DNA of 63,949 nucleotides, the filler included, from Octopus bimaculoides (lineage: Eukaryota): NCBI RefSeq assembly GCF_001194135.2. It is 6 parts of 5 records of this genome, joined end to end, with 100 filler letters (N's around TTAATTAATTAA, not from the genome) between each part and the next. Parts side by side here need not be neighbours in the genome. Positions count along the whole stretch, not along the records: positions 1 to 4,906 come from NC_068994.1; positions 5,007 to 26,057 come from NC_068982.1; 4 more parts are not named here. One strand, 5' to 3'. Made by a program: the position numbers and the translations under genes. Numbering within the stretch: the stretch's first letter is position 1; each line of letters begins with the position of its first letter. Below the pieces are notes generated by a model. That model did not search any database, was not told the origin of the DNA, and saw only the letters and a list, made by a program, of their open reading frames with translations. Below, piece after piece: positions 1 to 13,149 of the stretch.

Positions 1-212
1 AACCCAGCTGAAACTACCTCTGGCTCTGTAGTACAAATGTCTTGTTTTCATAAGTTCTGAATTAAAATCTTCCACCAAACCTTAGTCACAATTTATGTTC
101 CTAACACTAGCTTAATGATAGCTAAGTTATTTTACTAAATTCTTTGTTATATCTAAAATTAATTGAAGGAAACACAGAGCATCTCAACAGAAATATGGAA
201 CAAAAAGGTTAA
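1..212. mobile_element. piggyBac-like MITE, copy 1 (left end outside window)
   Basis: Direct diverged copy of 233-451; ends ...AAAAAGG followed by TTAA at 209-212. Confidence 0.7.
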
Positions 213-228
213 AGTCACCATAATATTT

Positions 229-455
229 TTAACCCTTTTGATACCAACCTGGCTGAAACTACCTCTGGCTCTGTAGTACAAATGTCTTGTTTTCAAAAGT
301 TCTGAATTAAAATCTGCCAAACTTTAGTCACAATTTATGTTCCTAACACTAGCTTAATGATAACTAATTTATTTTACAAAATTCTTTGTTATATTTAAAA
401 TTAAGTGAAAGAAACACAGAGCATATCAAAAGAAATAAGGTAACGAAAGGGTTAA
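229..455. mobile_element. piggyBac-like MITE, copy 2 (219 bp plus TTAA sites)
   Basis: TTAA|CCCTTTTGATACC ... GGTAACGAAAGGG|TTAA: imperfect TIRs starting CCC and flanked by TTAA, the piggyBac signature; no ORF. Confidence 0.8.
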
Positions 456-1329
456 AGAAGTATTGATATCCATCAAAGTCTTCTATAGTATTTAGTTACA
501 GTTGTTTACATTCCTAGTTCAAAATCATACTGAGATTTTATTTTATATTTTTTTTACAAGATTCATTGAAATAAAAGTAGCAGTTTGGAAACATTACTAT
601 AAAACAACAGTTGCTAAATTGTAGTCCACAGCATAATTCTTAAAGGATCATAAACACTTACAACCATTCACTTTCTGTAAATATTTTATAAAATGTAAAC
701 TATTCATGAATATTTTACACAATTAGTCATAATCTTCAAAAGATATTAAACAGAATTTATTGAAAACAAAAAAAATAACTAAGAAAAAATATATTTCTCA
801 AAAGAAATTATCGATCTTTAAGTACACCCCACTGCATTTTATTTTTTTAATAATTACATATTACGAAAAGGGGTCATAAATAATTATTGATTCATCAAAA
901 GGGGTCATGATAGCAAAGGGCTGGTAACCAGTTGTAGAATATCCTGGTTATTTTATTACCATGGAATTATAATAGGAAGGGTAAGACCAAAGCTATACAA
1001 CTCCCCACTACCAAACCGAGGTTTTGTGCCCTATGTTAAACATCATTCATATCATTCACTAGTAGTAGTAGTAGTAGCAATGGTGGTGGTGGTAGTAGTA
1101 GCAGGGCTGGTGGTCACAGGAGCAGTATTGTTTCATCACCAGCCACTCCACTTACATAGTTCGTATTCAGATAGCATTAGCCATAGCAATAGCAGTAACT
1201 GTGGCAGAAGCAGTCACAGACTTTCCACAATGTGCATTCTATCGTGTTGTCTCTGTTTAACTTCAGATATAAATATGTGTAGTACATGTTCATAACTTAA
1301 TGCGATGATGTGCATACAACTTTCTATGT

Positions 1330-1394
1330 GCCTGTAAGTATATGTATGTATATATGTATATATACAGATGTATATATAAATATATAGACATATA

Positions 1395-1457
<63 letters not shown>

Positions 1458-1900
1458 ATATATGTATATATATGTGTATATGTATGTATATGTATATCTT
1501 TTTATATATCAAGAGATAGATAGATAGATCATCATCATCATCATCGTCGTTTAACGTCCATATATATATATATATATATATATATAGTATTTACATAAAT
1601 ATATATGTATATATATAGTATATACATATATATATATACATATATATATACATAAATATATATATATAGTATATACATACATATATATATATATATGTGT
1701 ATATACACACACACATATATACATTCATACCTGTATATACATAATATATACATATATATACATATTCACATATGTAAAATAATCACAGATATACACAAAC
1801 AAGGACACACACACACCAAATGCATATACACAAGGTACAGAAGCATACAGACACACACATACACATAGATGTGTGAACACACACAAACACACACACATGT
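1330..1900. repeat. Compound (TA)/(TG)/(CA)/(TAGA)/(CAT) microsatellite block
   Basis: Directly visible; source of the YI/CV/HT-rich pseudo-ORFs. Confidence 0.95.
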
Positions 1901-2185
1901 ATATGTAATTTTCCCTCTTGCATTAAGCAATCTTAGTGTATTTCACATACATATGTTGTCTCACAGACCCATTGTAAATATTGAAATTTATAACGGCCTA
2001 AATAAGTTATAGAAATTTTTTTTTTATTTCCATTTTGTAATTGGAATTAAACATAAATATAAAATTGATAACTGAAGTTAAAATACATTACTTGAAGCAA
2101 TCCTATTACAAATAACTGGCAATTTTTTTTTTTTCTTCTTCTTGGAATCAAAATAAAATATGAAATGAAATTTTAATTAAATATA

Positions 2186-2250
2186 TTTTACATATACACT
2201 TCTATGTATATACACACATACACATGTAAATGTGTTTATGTATATGTTTA

Positions 2251-2297
<47 letters not shown>

Positions 2298-2377
2298 ATA
2301 TGTATACACGCACACAGATATATGTGTGTGCATGTGTTTGTAAATGTCTGTGTACTGTCTGTTTATATATATACATC

Positions 2378-2432
<55 letters not shown>

Positions 2433-2576
2433 GTTCTATATACATATCATCATGTATGATATATATACATATATAAATCTATATTGGTATATATACATGT
2501 ATGTATATCAGCATGTACATGTATGTATATATATATGTGTACATATATATATATATGTATATATATGTATATATAN
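2186..2576. repeat. Compound (TA)/(TG) microsatellite running into an assembly gap
   Basis: Directly visible. Confidence 0.95.
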
Positions 2577-2675
2577 NNNNNNNNNNNNNNNNNNNNNNNN
2601 NNNNNNNNNNNNNNNNNNNNNNNNNNNNNNNNNNNNNNNNNNNNNNNNNNNNNNNNNNNNNNNNNNNNNNNNNNN

Positions 2676-3445
2676 TACAAACAGCCATAAGAAGTCCATA
2701 GTCATGTTACAACCAACACCAAGCAAGCCTAATATCCTGTCCTTGATACAAATCAAGGATAAAAAGTTATAAGCCGTGCATTTAGAAAGCTTGAATCGAG
2801 GCTCTGGTTGAAATTGGACAACAAAACAACATGACAGTTGACGTCTTCTGTTAAGCATGTTTTGTAACAGCACTATTGCACAGATGCAAGATCTGGACAA
2901 CCTACTGCGGGCATATTCAATATCTCGAGTGATTCCACCAGTAATGCTTGCATAATATTCAGTGCCTAATATGTACCTGATAGGAAGTATCAGTTCCATG
3001 ATGACAAAACACCAGCTTAGATTCCCTGGTCATCATGTCCATTTAAAAAACACCTTTATACCAAAACAGGTGTTATCTCATGAGTTGGAGCATGGAAAAT
3101 GTCCCTAGTCTGAGCAACACAAGCATTTCAAAGACTACCGGAAAGACACACTTAAAAAGATTAATACCTGTTCTAACGCCTGGGCAGATATTACATCAGA
3201 TAGGGAGCTGTGGAAAATTTTGATTTGAGTGTTAAAGAATTTGAAGACCACAGGGTTGTATAACATAGTGTTGAAACATTCTGGTAAATATATGAAGCGT
3301 GTCAAACCTCTTCCTGAGGAGGGCTTAAAAGAGTCTCTTTCATGTGACCTGTGCCCTTGTGTCGATTCTCAAAAACAAACCCACTCAACTACAAGCATGG
3401 CCATGGAGGCATCCTTGTCTACCAGTGATATATCCCCCTTGACCT
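2676..3445 (+). mobile_element. RTE-clade LINE, decayed 3' part
   Basis: About 2985-3220 translates SISSMMTKHQLRFPGHHVHLKNTFIPKQVLSHELEHGKCP*SEQHKHFKDYRKDTLKKINTCSNAWADITSDRELWK, matching the RTE C-terminal LRWxGHV..PKQ.LY.EL..G....RYKD..K..W..DR..WR pattern; a CDLC zinc-finger remnant follows. Confidence 0.75.
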
Positions 3446-3480
3446 CCCATACATATACATATACGCATATATATATATGC

Positions 3481-3523
<43 letters not shown>

Positions 3524-4788
3524 TACTTACTTACGTATATATATATATATATTATGTGTATGTGTTGATGTACATACATTTATATATATACATTTATATG
3601 TTCTTGAGCAAGGCACATTATTAGTAACAGAAGCAGTATTAGGTCAAATTAGCATTCTGTTTATTACACTTAATGTAGATATTCTGTTGAAAGCCTTGAA
3701 ACTACCATATTCATATCGAGAAAGTCTTTACTAGCACAAGAAAAACAGAGACTTATGAACAGAAACAGAAATTTTCAGCTCGATACTTGCCACTGGATAC
3801 TTGCTTCTGATGACACTCAAGGACGCAGAAATATGTATTTAGCAATTCCGTCATTGCTACCAAACACATTTTACCTGCTGCTAATACATTTCTACAGTTT
3901 TTAACACTACGCCACTATATGAGATGCTTTCTCAAGACAAATGCTACAGTTTTAAGGCTTTCAATAGTATATCTTCATTAAGTATGATATACAGAATGCT
4001 GATGTGTGTATGCGTGTGTGAATGATAGGATTTCAAAGTTCTATGTATCCAATACCATTCACATGCTATTGGTCAACTTAAGGCTATTCTGGAAGACACT
4101 TGTCCAATCTTCTATGCAGGGCATCAAACTCAGAATCACATAGTTGAAAGTGAATTTTTTAACCATAGTGCCAAACTTTTGTGCCATTTGCACTGGAAAG
4201 CTCCAAGTTCCATTTTGTGTGTGCAGTATGACTTCATAGCACAAATATTATTGTATTATACAGATCTAACATTGCCTTAGAGAAATCTACAACATATCTA
4301 TCCCTACCTCCTACTGTGATTCTATAGATAGGCTTAAAATCACCTGAAGCACATACAACTAGCAGTAGAAAAGAGAGAAATAATGTCCTTATCATAAGTT
4401 TCAGATAAAGGGTTGAAATATTCTGATATTCTGTGGTTTCACTTTTTTGCTTACTTATGTGTCATCATATAGCTGTACTTTTCTTTTTTTTTTTTTCTTT
4501 TGCATATAATTTTTAAGTAAAATGTAGATATTTAGTTGATCTAAAGCTATTGTTATTGAGAATTCTGCATTTTGAGTATAATTGTTTCTTTAACAAATTT
4601 GTACCCTGAAGCATATCCATACACTTCATGATAAGCTATTATCTTCCTTTTATTCCTTTCTAGCAGGCATGCGATTCAGAGTTAGTCATGCCTATTCATG
4701 GAACTTAAGGTGTCTTACCCCGTGGAAATGTGTATGCATGCTAGTGTGTACGTATGCATGTGTGTGTACATACACACACACACACACA

Positions 4789-4840
<52 letters not shown>

Positions 4841-4860
4841 CATACATATACATATATATG

Positions 4861-4891
<31 letters not shown>

Positions 4892-6139
4892 ATATATATA
4901 TATATANNNNNNNNNNNNNNNNNNNNNNNNNNNNNNNNNNNNNNNNNNNNTTAATTAATTAANNNNNNNNNNNNNNNNNNNNNNNNNNNNNNNNNNNNNN
5001 NNNNNNAATTTAATGTTAAATAAGTTATCTATTAAAAATAATCTATAAAGAACCAAATGAATAATATAAAAAACAAGAATACATATTATTTTCAAATAGT
5101 AGAAAATCTTTAGCAAAGTAAAAAACAGTACTTATCCATATTATTCCGTAATTCAAACTCATATATATGTGTATATATATGTGTATATATATATGTGTAT
5201 ATATATATGNNNNNNNNNNNNNNNNNNNNNNNNNNNNNNNNNNNNNNNNNNNNNNNNNNNNNNNNNNNNNNNNNNNNNNNNNNNNNNNNNNNNNNNNNNN
5301 NNNNNNNNNCACATACCAATCAATGTGTAAGAGCGTACATGCATACATAAATACATATATAAATACATATATATATATTAATGCAAGTATGAATGTGTTC
5401 TTCAGTACTCAGATTTAATCAATAGATTAAAATGATTTACGTTTATATTACCCTGTATTTCACAACTTTCTATCAGTTTTGCAGTGTTACAAGCCGTGAC
5501 ATGCTATTTCTAACAATGTCAAAATATCAGGGACACCATAAAATAAACAAGCATTAAATTGTTAACAAGATAACTAGCTATATATCAAACCATACCTACT
5601 TTGAGCCTAGCTTGTAATTTCTTTTAACATCACTCAAACAAACCACAACTTTGTTGTAAAAAAGAAAGTGGAAAAAGGTAAAAACAATAAATGTTATACT
5701 GTAAAATAGTAATTCTTGTACTTATTTGTTTGTAGTCCCTTTAACAAAGTTAGAGCCGATCAAATCCCCTAGAGGTGGGATTAGGATTTGACAAATACAA
5801 ACAATGATAATATTTTAATAACTGAGACAAATAGAATGGACAGATTAAACTGGTTCACAAAAATAATTAATAAAACCTTTGGGACTTGCCATAAATACCA
5901 CAAAATTTAGTGTATAAGACAATATTTCAGACTACCAAAATACTGCTAAAATAAGTTAACTTATGTACAGAGTATGTAATTTGAACCGTTACTGCTCAAT
6001 CACTATTACCACCACTTGATGAATCATAATTGTATAATACATGCATAATCTGGACATGTGTAAGAACCTTCTGCCTGCAGGTAAATGTTTGTACAAACCT
6101 TTTCAGATGCTGAAAGATGACGCTCAGTTATTCACACAA

Positions 6140-8838
6140 TCTCCTTGTCAATCCCACAACTTTAGAGCAGCCACAATGAAAAGTAGGCTGGATAAAACTG
6201 TTGAAATATTAAAATGGAGTCATGTAGTCATGTGCTACATTCAAAAGGAACAACAGAGAGCAGTCTCAGCTAGATTTCTCACAGACAAAGAATAAAGATA
6301 TAAATTTTCTTAGTAAGCAATAGTAATGGTGTGAGGAGTGGGCATACTTCTGGCAGAGTAATGGGTAAATAAAGTCATCAAAGTAATCAGAGAATGCAAT
6401 AGGATAATGAAGCTTAGACCAGTCTTAGGAAATATACTAGCAACATTTTTCTCTGCATGTGCTTCTCAGTCAGAACTGGTAGATGAACAAAAGAACAAAT
6501 TTTGCGGAATTCTTGGAAGCGAATGACAATAGCATTGTTTTATTTTTTTTATGATTTGTGACTTTAACAAGCATGTTGGACAGCACTCTACTGGATTCCA
6601 TGGTAAATATGTAGACTATAGCTTTGGTTCTAAAAATGAGGAGGACACAAAGCTGTTGAAGTAATGCAAATGGCCTGACAATCTGCAACACTAACTTTAA
6701 GAAACCAGTCAGTCACCTGATCACTTATCAATCCATCATGCACACAAGCTAGATTGACTACATTCTTTCTAGAAAACAGGATATATGGTTGTAAATGTAA
6801 AGTCCTTCCCTGATAAAGAATGTGCAAATCAACATAAGTGAGTAGTTAGTGACTTCAGACTTAGAGCTGGAAGGATTCAGAGACACAAACAAATCTGGAA
6901 AAGGAAGATGTGGAAGTTTAAAGAACTATTGAACAATCAGAAATTTTAAAAAGTATTAGCTGAAACATTTGACAAGAAGGAGCAGAGATAGAGATGGAAC
7001 AACTGACTGAGGGCTACAGACCAGAGCTGTGACTGATGCAAAATTTCAACCAGAACAAGGGTGATGAGGTGGTAAAACAGTGAGATAGACAAAGCGATAA
7101 AAGCAAACAAACATGCTTAGAAAGACTGAAAGAATAGAGTTAGTAGAGAATTATAATAGGTTACTAATGAGCTAGGTGATAGGTTTATATAGCAAAGGTA
7201 GAAACAGAAAGTAAGGGGTTTGCAAATGTTCCACAGCATGAAAACCAGAAACATGATATGTTCCAGACTGTAAAGCAATGTATCAGAGAAAATTGAGACA
7301 TTGTAGTGGAGAGGTGTGTACAAACAGATAATGGCATACGTGTACTCAGTGATCCTGAAGAGAAATAGGAATGAAAGTGCTCTTACAAAACGGCAATTAA
7401 ATGTGGAAAATGCATGGAAGAAAGATGTTCCCAATATAGACTTAACAAAGAGTTCAGCTGTTCTAGTTGACAGCAGCATGACAAATAAAGCAGTTAAGGA
7501 TTAAAATATCTGGTGGAATAAGATATAGCCTAGACACTCATATAATTAATCAGGTTGTAGAGGAAGATGTCATATCCATGAGTGGTGTAGCTGTATCATA
7601 ACTGCTATAAGGGTAAAGGAGTTGTCCTCAAGAGGAAAGAAATTACAGAAGTATCAAATTGATGTACCAGGTCATGAAAGTTGTGGTAAAAATTGCAGCC
7701 TGATTAATTACAGAGTTTAGACTAGATGAGAAACAGTTTGGTTTGGTTTGGTGCCAAGAAAAAGTACTATGGATGGTCTCTTCCTGGTGAAGCCCCTGCA
7801 AAACTATTTATCTAAAAGTAAGCTACTATATTTAGCATTTGTTAACCTGGAGTAAGCCTTCTAAAGTGGTCACTGGGGAAGTTAGGGACAGACAAATGGT
7901 AGTGAAAGCCATACAAACCATGCATGGAGGTGCAGTCAGTATTGTGAAATTTACTAAGTACAAGACAAATTTAGTGTGTAGGTACAATTTCATGAGGGCT
8001 TCATTCTCAGTCCTCTTCTATTCACCATAGTCCCCACCATATTCATCACAGGAGCTTAAGAATGGTTACCTGTGGGAAATGCCAAATGTTGATGACTTTG
8101 TTCTTATAGCTGACTGTCGTAGAATTAGAAAAGAAATTCCTGGTGTGGAAGCAAAGCTTGGAATCAAAGGGCCTCAAAGTTAATTTAGCAAAGATCAAAG
8201 TTTTAGTGAGTAGGAAAACAGACAGAACTTCCATCAAAGAAATGGCTTGCTCATTGCATAGAAGAGGCAAAGGTAGAAATTCCATATGGTGTATCAAATG
8301 CAAAGTATGGACACACAAGAGGTGCAGAGGCATCACAGACAGGTTAACAGAGAATGTAGAATTTGTATGTGGCAAATGTGCAGGAGCACTAAGCACTAAG
8401 AACACACAGCAAATAGACTTCCTCAAATCCCCGGGAATATCCTTACATGTAGGAGATAGCTTCTTTTACCTAGGTAACTTAAATTAATAGTGGAAGAGGA
8501 TGTTCTGAAAGTGTAGTTGCTAGAAAAAGGATAACATGGAGAAAGTTCAGCAAGCTATTACTTAAACTGGTAATAAAAGATTTCTATCTCAGAGTGAAAG
8601 ATAGATTGTGTGATGCTTATATAGAAATAGCAATGCTACATGATTGTGAGATATAGACCCTGAATGCAGAGGACTTGAGAAGACTAGAAAGGAATGAAGC
8701 TAGCATGCTCCATTGGATGTGCAATATCTGAGTGCATGAACAACAAAGAACAAATGAGTTGAGAGAGAAAATTGGGTATAAATGGAATCAAGTGTAATGT
8801 GCAAGGGATATATATGTGATGTGTATGGATAAGGACAG

Positions 8839-8892
<54 letters not shown>

Positions 8893-9110
8893 ATATATAT
8901 ACACGTGATGTGTATGGATAAGGGCAGCTGTATATAAAAGTGCTGACAGCTTAAAATGGGTAGAGTTTCTGGACGAGAGAGAACAAGAAAGACAGGGCAA
9001 AGTAGTGAAGTCTGATTTCAAAACTTTAAACCTCACAGATGAGATAACAAAAAAACCCAGGGTGATTGGTGATATGTGATGCTCAAAATGAATCACACAT
9101 CTTAGCAAAA
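6140..9110 (+). mobile_element. RTE-clade LINE, near full-length but heavily mutated (APE endonuclease + RT + PHD-like insert)
   Basis: APE remnants (TMKSRLDKTVEILKWSHVVMCYIQ; near 6.7 kb HLITY and IDYIL); RT motifs NYRSIKLM..VMKV (about 7640) and GYLWEMPNVDDFVLIA (degenerate YADD, about 8070); ORF 8143-8487 WKQSLESKGLKVNLAKIKVL...FFYLGN; many stops and frameshifts. Confidence 0.9.
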
Positions 9111-9179
9111 CTGAAGCATAATGTGTATATGCACAACTGGGTCCCTTGCCCAGTTTTCTCCTCAAGCCTTCTCCTCATC

Positions 9180-9900
9180 ATCCCTTTATTATTGATCCTT
9201 TCATCATTTGCCTAACTGCTATATTCTGCTGTGCAGTTCAATAAGAGCAGAAATACATATTTCATCAACTTTTTCTGTGATATCAGTTATCTTTCTCACT
9301 ACCAGGAACCACTTCATTCAACATCCGTTTTTTGTTATTATCATGGTCCCTCTCCACTCCCATTTTACACAGATCTTTTTGTGCTACCAAATTATCTCTT
9401 CTCTGAACCACTTTCTGTTGACTCACCCTATCACCATGCATCTCCCACTTTACCCACACACTACATTTGTCTCTCAAACTCTAAAACCTATCCCCCAACA
9501 CATTATCTCTCTTTCCCTCATCCTTCCCCTGTCTACTGCATTATTACTATTCTGTTACTCTTCACCCCTTGCTGTCCTACCAGTCATCACCTGTTCTTCT
9601 CTACCTTCCTCTAACTCATATATATCATCAACTACCCTTCCACCTTTGTTCATCATTCATTATAATCACCACCTGCTTCTACCTCATCTCTAACCATCTT
9701 TCACCTCAAAGGTTCACCCCAACACCTTGTACACACCATCTTTATTTCTCTCTTTTGTTTCACCTTGATTACTCACACCCATTCTTGTATAATGAGAGTA
9801 GCCAAGAATTTCCTCTACAACAAAAAGTTTGCTCCAGTCCTTTCTTTCATACTTTAACATCACCTAGCATAAATCCACCTCCCTCTCTACCAAACCCCAC
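9180..9900 (-). mobile_element. Probable highly decayed LINE fragment, opposite orientation to the preceding RTE
   Basis: Purine-rich minus strand; weak KRMLNEVV resemblance to the RTE C-terminal RKTWDEVV motif. Confidence 0.3.
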
Positions 9901-10125
9901 TCAGTCGAAGGGGATGTTAGTCTTGTGAGCTATATAGTAGTACAGGTACCAGAAAAAAATGCTAAATACATTCTGTAAAGTTTTTGGCATTAAAAGGGCA
10001 ATAGTCATAGAAACCATGTCAAAGCAGACATTGAAGCACAACATGTTCCTACATCGTAATGGATTCTATTGAACCAGCCAACCGATGCCAGCATGAAAGA
10101 CAGATGGTAAAAGATGAGGATGATA
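9900..10125 (+). mobile_element. Decayed SINE/RTE-type 3' end with (GAT)n tail
   Basis: CCAACCGATGCCAGCATGAAAGACAGATGGTAAAAGATGAGGATGAT, a tail shared with copies at 11.5, 12.2, 13.4 and 25.7 kb. Confidence 0.65.
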
Positions 10126-11528
10126 ATTTGAATGTATAAATTTGGTAAAGAAAAAATATTGTCAACTGATGATATAGTTGCAATGGTAACAATAACTCAT
10201 AACATATATGTGCTTGTCCAAGAGAAATCTTATTAAGTGATCGTGAGAATTACAATACATGAAACTGAGAAGTGAGAAAATCATAATAAACAAATTCATA
10301 TGTAATTTTCCTTGTACATTAACTGCCAACTATACATCATTGGTTGATTTATTCTGAATATTAACTGATATATTAACAAAGAAGACAGTAATATACAAAT
10401 GTAATGTAAATATATATTAACAGTTTGACAGAGAACAGTTGTGGTTTTAACCACTCTGAAGCTGAGTGAAACTGAATTAGGTCAAAATTATAATCATTCA
10501 TTTGTTAAATCCACATGTTCTTTACAGTAGTTTTAACTCCATAATTGTTGCAGAGCAAACCTTGAAAAATGTTCTTAGTTAAAAATGTTCTCTCATTGCT
10601 TTCAGTCATTGGGTTGTGGTCATGTTGGAGCCTAGCCTTCAAGAAGTTATTTGATCATACAGTTTGCTACTTATTTTAACTGTTGCATTAGGAGATATAA
10701 GAGGACATCATAGAAACAGTACTGGTTTGAGACCACTGTAAAGATAAACACACATATGTACATGCACACACACATGCATACACATTAGACATAGGTTAGA
10801 CATGCACGCGAGCGCATGTGTGTGCAAAACCCATGCTAGAATGGATAAAATGGACATAAAAATTATGATAATCATCATCGTCAACATCATTTTACACCCA
10901 CTTCACAATCTAATATTGGTTGGACAAGTTATCCCAGCCTGAGTTCTTATGCATTGTTACTGTCCATCTAGACAGGTCAAGAGACCACACCTTACACATA
11001 CATTCTATTTTTGGCATAGCTTCTTGAACTGGCTACCCCTCCTAACATCAGTCACTATAGAGAGTGTACTATGTGAATATTATAATGGCACCAGCACTAG
11101 AGACGCTGCCATGTTCTCAAAAAGACAAGTCTCAATGGTCTGCTTGACCTTACATTGTTTCTACTCATTCACCAACTACTTAACACCAACCAGCACCTCC
11201 TTTCTACTCTACAAGATAAAAGAGTTCTTACTCCTTTATGTTGTCTCCATTTAACTAAGGAAATGTGACCAAGAGAGTGAATAGAAGAGAAGGTATTTGT
11301 GGGAAATGATCTGAAGAGACAGAGAGAAAGAAGTGAGAATATGGTGGGAGGAAACAAAGTGATTAGGATAACAGTGTGGTAGAGGAGGGAAATTTAGGAG
11401 AGACAGAGCCAGAAGGTAAAAAGAGAGTGCAAGAGAGAGAGAAATGGCAAAGTGTAATAAGAGAGAAACAGTAATTACAAAGAAACACTCTTACAGCTAT
11501 ACATTTGGTGTAAGAGAATGAAGGATGA

Positions 11529-11815
11529 ACATCATCATCATCATCATTTAAAGTCTGTTTTCCATGCTGGCATGGGTTGGACGGTTTGACAGGAACTGAC
11601 AAGGCCAGGAAGCGCACTAAATTCCATTGTCTGTCTTGGCAGTTTCTATAGCTGGATGCCCTTCCCAATGCCAACCACTATACAGATTGTACTGGGTGCT
11701 TTTTACATGGCACCAGCACCAGTGCTTTTTACTTGGCACCAGCACTAGTGCTTTTTATGTAGCACCATCACCAGTGCTTTTTACATGACATCATCACCAG
11801 TGTTTCGTTATGTGG
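11529..11815 (-). mobile_element. (CAT)n-tailed SINE with internal 26-bp tandem array
   Basis: CATCATCATTTAAAGTCTGTTTTCCATGCTGGCATGGGTTGGACGG end; GTGCTTTTTACATGGCACCAGCACCA-type unit about x4 at 11696-11799. Confidence 0.8.
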
Positions 11816-12177
11816 TGCAGAAATATTTGGTGGCAACAGAGTGTGATTGATATTGATAACAATAACCTGCAGATGGTGAGCTAGTAAGAGAAAGAATGAG
11901 TAATAAATAGTCAAGACAATGATGGCAAGAAAATGATGAATGTCAATAAACAAAGCGAGATTAAGGAAAGGAATTGATTTGATGCAATCCTCCATTACTC
12001 AAGCATTGTGACAGAAAAGAGAGAGGGGAGAAGAAAGATATAAATAAGTGGTAGGTGAATATTGAGCATGAACAGATCTAAAATTTCCTCTCATTCTCTG
12101 AGTAAGTACAAACTAGAAGACAGCACAATAGACAGACAAGAAGATATTAAATAAACAAGAGTGGCATATGTATATAT

Positions 12178-12510
12178 CATCATCATCATTGTTGTTCAAT
12201 GTCTGCTTTCCATGCTGGCATGGGTTGAACGGTTTTACTGAGGGTTGGCAAGCCAGAAGGCTGCACCAGGCTCCAATCTGATCTGGCAAAGTTTCTACAG
12301 CTGGATGCCCTTCTTAACGCCAACCACTCCGAGAGTGTAGTGAGTGCTTTTTACGTGCCACCGGCACGAAGGCCAGTCAGGCAGTACTAGCATCGACCAC
12401 GCTGGAATGGTGATTTTTACATGTCACTGGCACGAGAGCCAGTCAGGCGGCACTAGCAATGACCACACTTGAATGGTACTTTTTACGTACCACCAGCACA
12501 GATGCTAGTT
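12178..12510 (-). mobile_element. (CAT)n-tailed SINE with about 70-bp internal repeats
   Basis: Same tail; homologous to 25724-26057. Confidence 0.8.
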
Positions 12511-12516
12511 AGGTAG

Positions 12517-12559
<43 letters not shown>

Positions 12560-12560
<1 letters not shown>

Positions 12561-12772
12561 GAAGTTTTTGTTCTGTGAGTTACTTGGTGCCTTCACTTGT
12601 GTCAATGCCATGGGAGAAGCACCCAGTATACACTGTAAAGTGGTTGGCATTTGGAAGGGCAACCAGCCATAAAAATCATACCAAACCAGACAGTGGAGCT
12701 TGGTGCAGTCCACTGGCTTACCTGTCAAACCAACTCTTCCATACCAGTATGGAGAGTAGATATTAAATAGTG

Positions 12773-12780
<8 letters not shown>
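12560..12780 (+). mobile_element. Same SINE family, partial, forward orientation
   Basis: AAAGTGGTTGGCATTTGGAAGGGCAACCAGCCATAAAAA is the reverse complement of the motif in the 11.6 and 12.3 kb copies. Confidence 0.7.
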
Positions 12781-12812
<32 letters not shown>

Positions 12813-12822
12813 NNNNNNNNNN

Positions 12823-12874
<52 letters not shown>

Positions 12875-13149
12875 CACACACACACACATAACTAGTTCAA
12901 ATATGTTTGAGAAATAAAGGCTTTTCACAGCAGTATGTCAAGTAAAAAGAATTCACACACATAAGCACAAATACACTCATGTATGTGTGTGTGTATATAC
13001 GCATACATAAATATGTTAGTTATATAGTTAGTTAGGGTACATCCCAGCTGTTTCCTTTTGAAGCACATATGTTCATTCCTTTATTACAACCAATATGTAT
13101 CTATGGTAACTGCTGTATGTTAGTCAAAATACATATTAAAATTGAAAAT

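Noticed and set aside
855-935. hAT-MITE-like end (AAAAGGGGTC...GGTAACCAGTTG)
   Set aside because: No matching opposite TIR or TSD found.
1026-1295. 89-aa ORF with poly-V
   Set aside because: Produced by (GTA)/(GTG) trinucleotide repeats; no splice or domain support.
3800-3848. CUGAUGA...GAAA hammerhead-like match (also about 13835-13870 and 28250-28290 on minus, about 41335 on plus, about 35325-35360 on minus)
   Set aside because: Stem II closing pair, stem I or stem III cannot form properly; chance matches or too decayed to call.
3679-3904. Open frame YSVESLETTIFISRKSLLAQEKQRLMNRNRNFQLDTCHW... after an AG
   Set aside because: No convincing donor and no recognisable homology; length is within chance expectation.
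4951-4962. TTAATTAATTAA inside N runs (also at about 26102, 27563, 59624, 62828)
   Set aside because: Identical 12-mer centred in gaps and giving stops in all six frames: a scaffolding linker, not biological sequence.
5717-5800. Minus-strand GDLIGSNFVKGTTNK* resembling a cyclic-nucleotide-binding GDL.G motif
   Set aside because: Only a 5-residue resemblance, ends in a stop, and has no supporting exons.
11696-11799. 26-bp repeats as a CRISPR-like array
   Set aside because: No unique spacers; lies inside a SINE in a eukaryotic genome.
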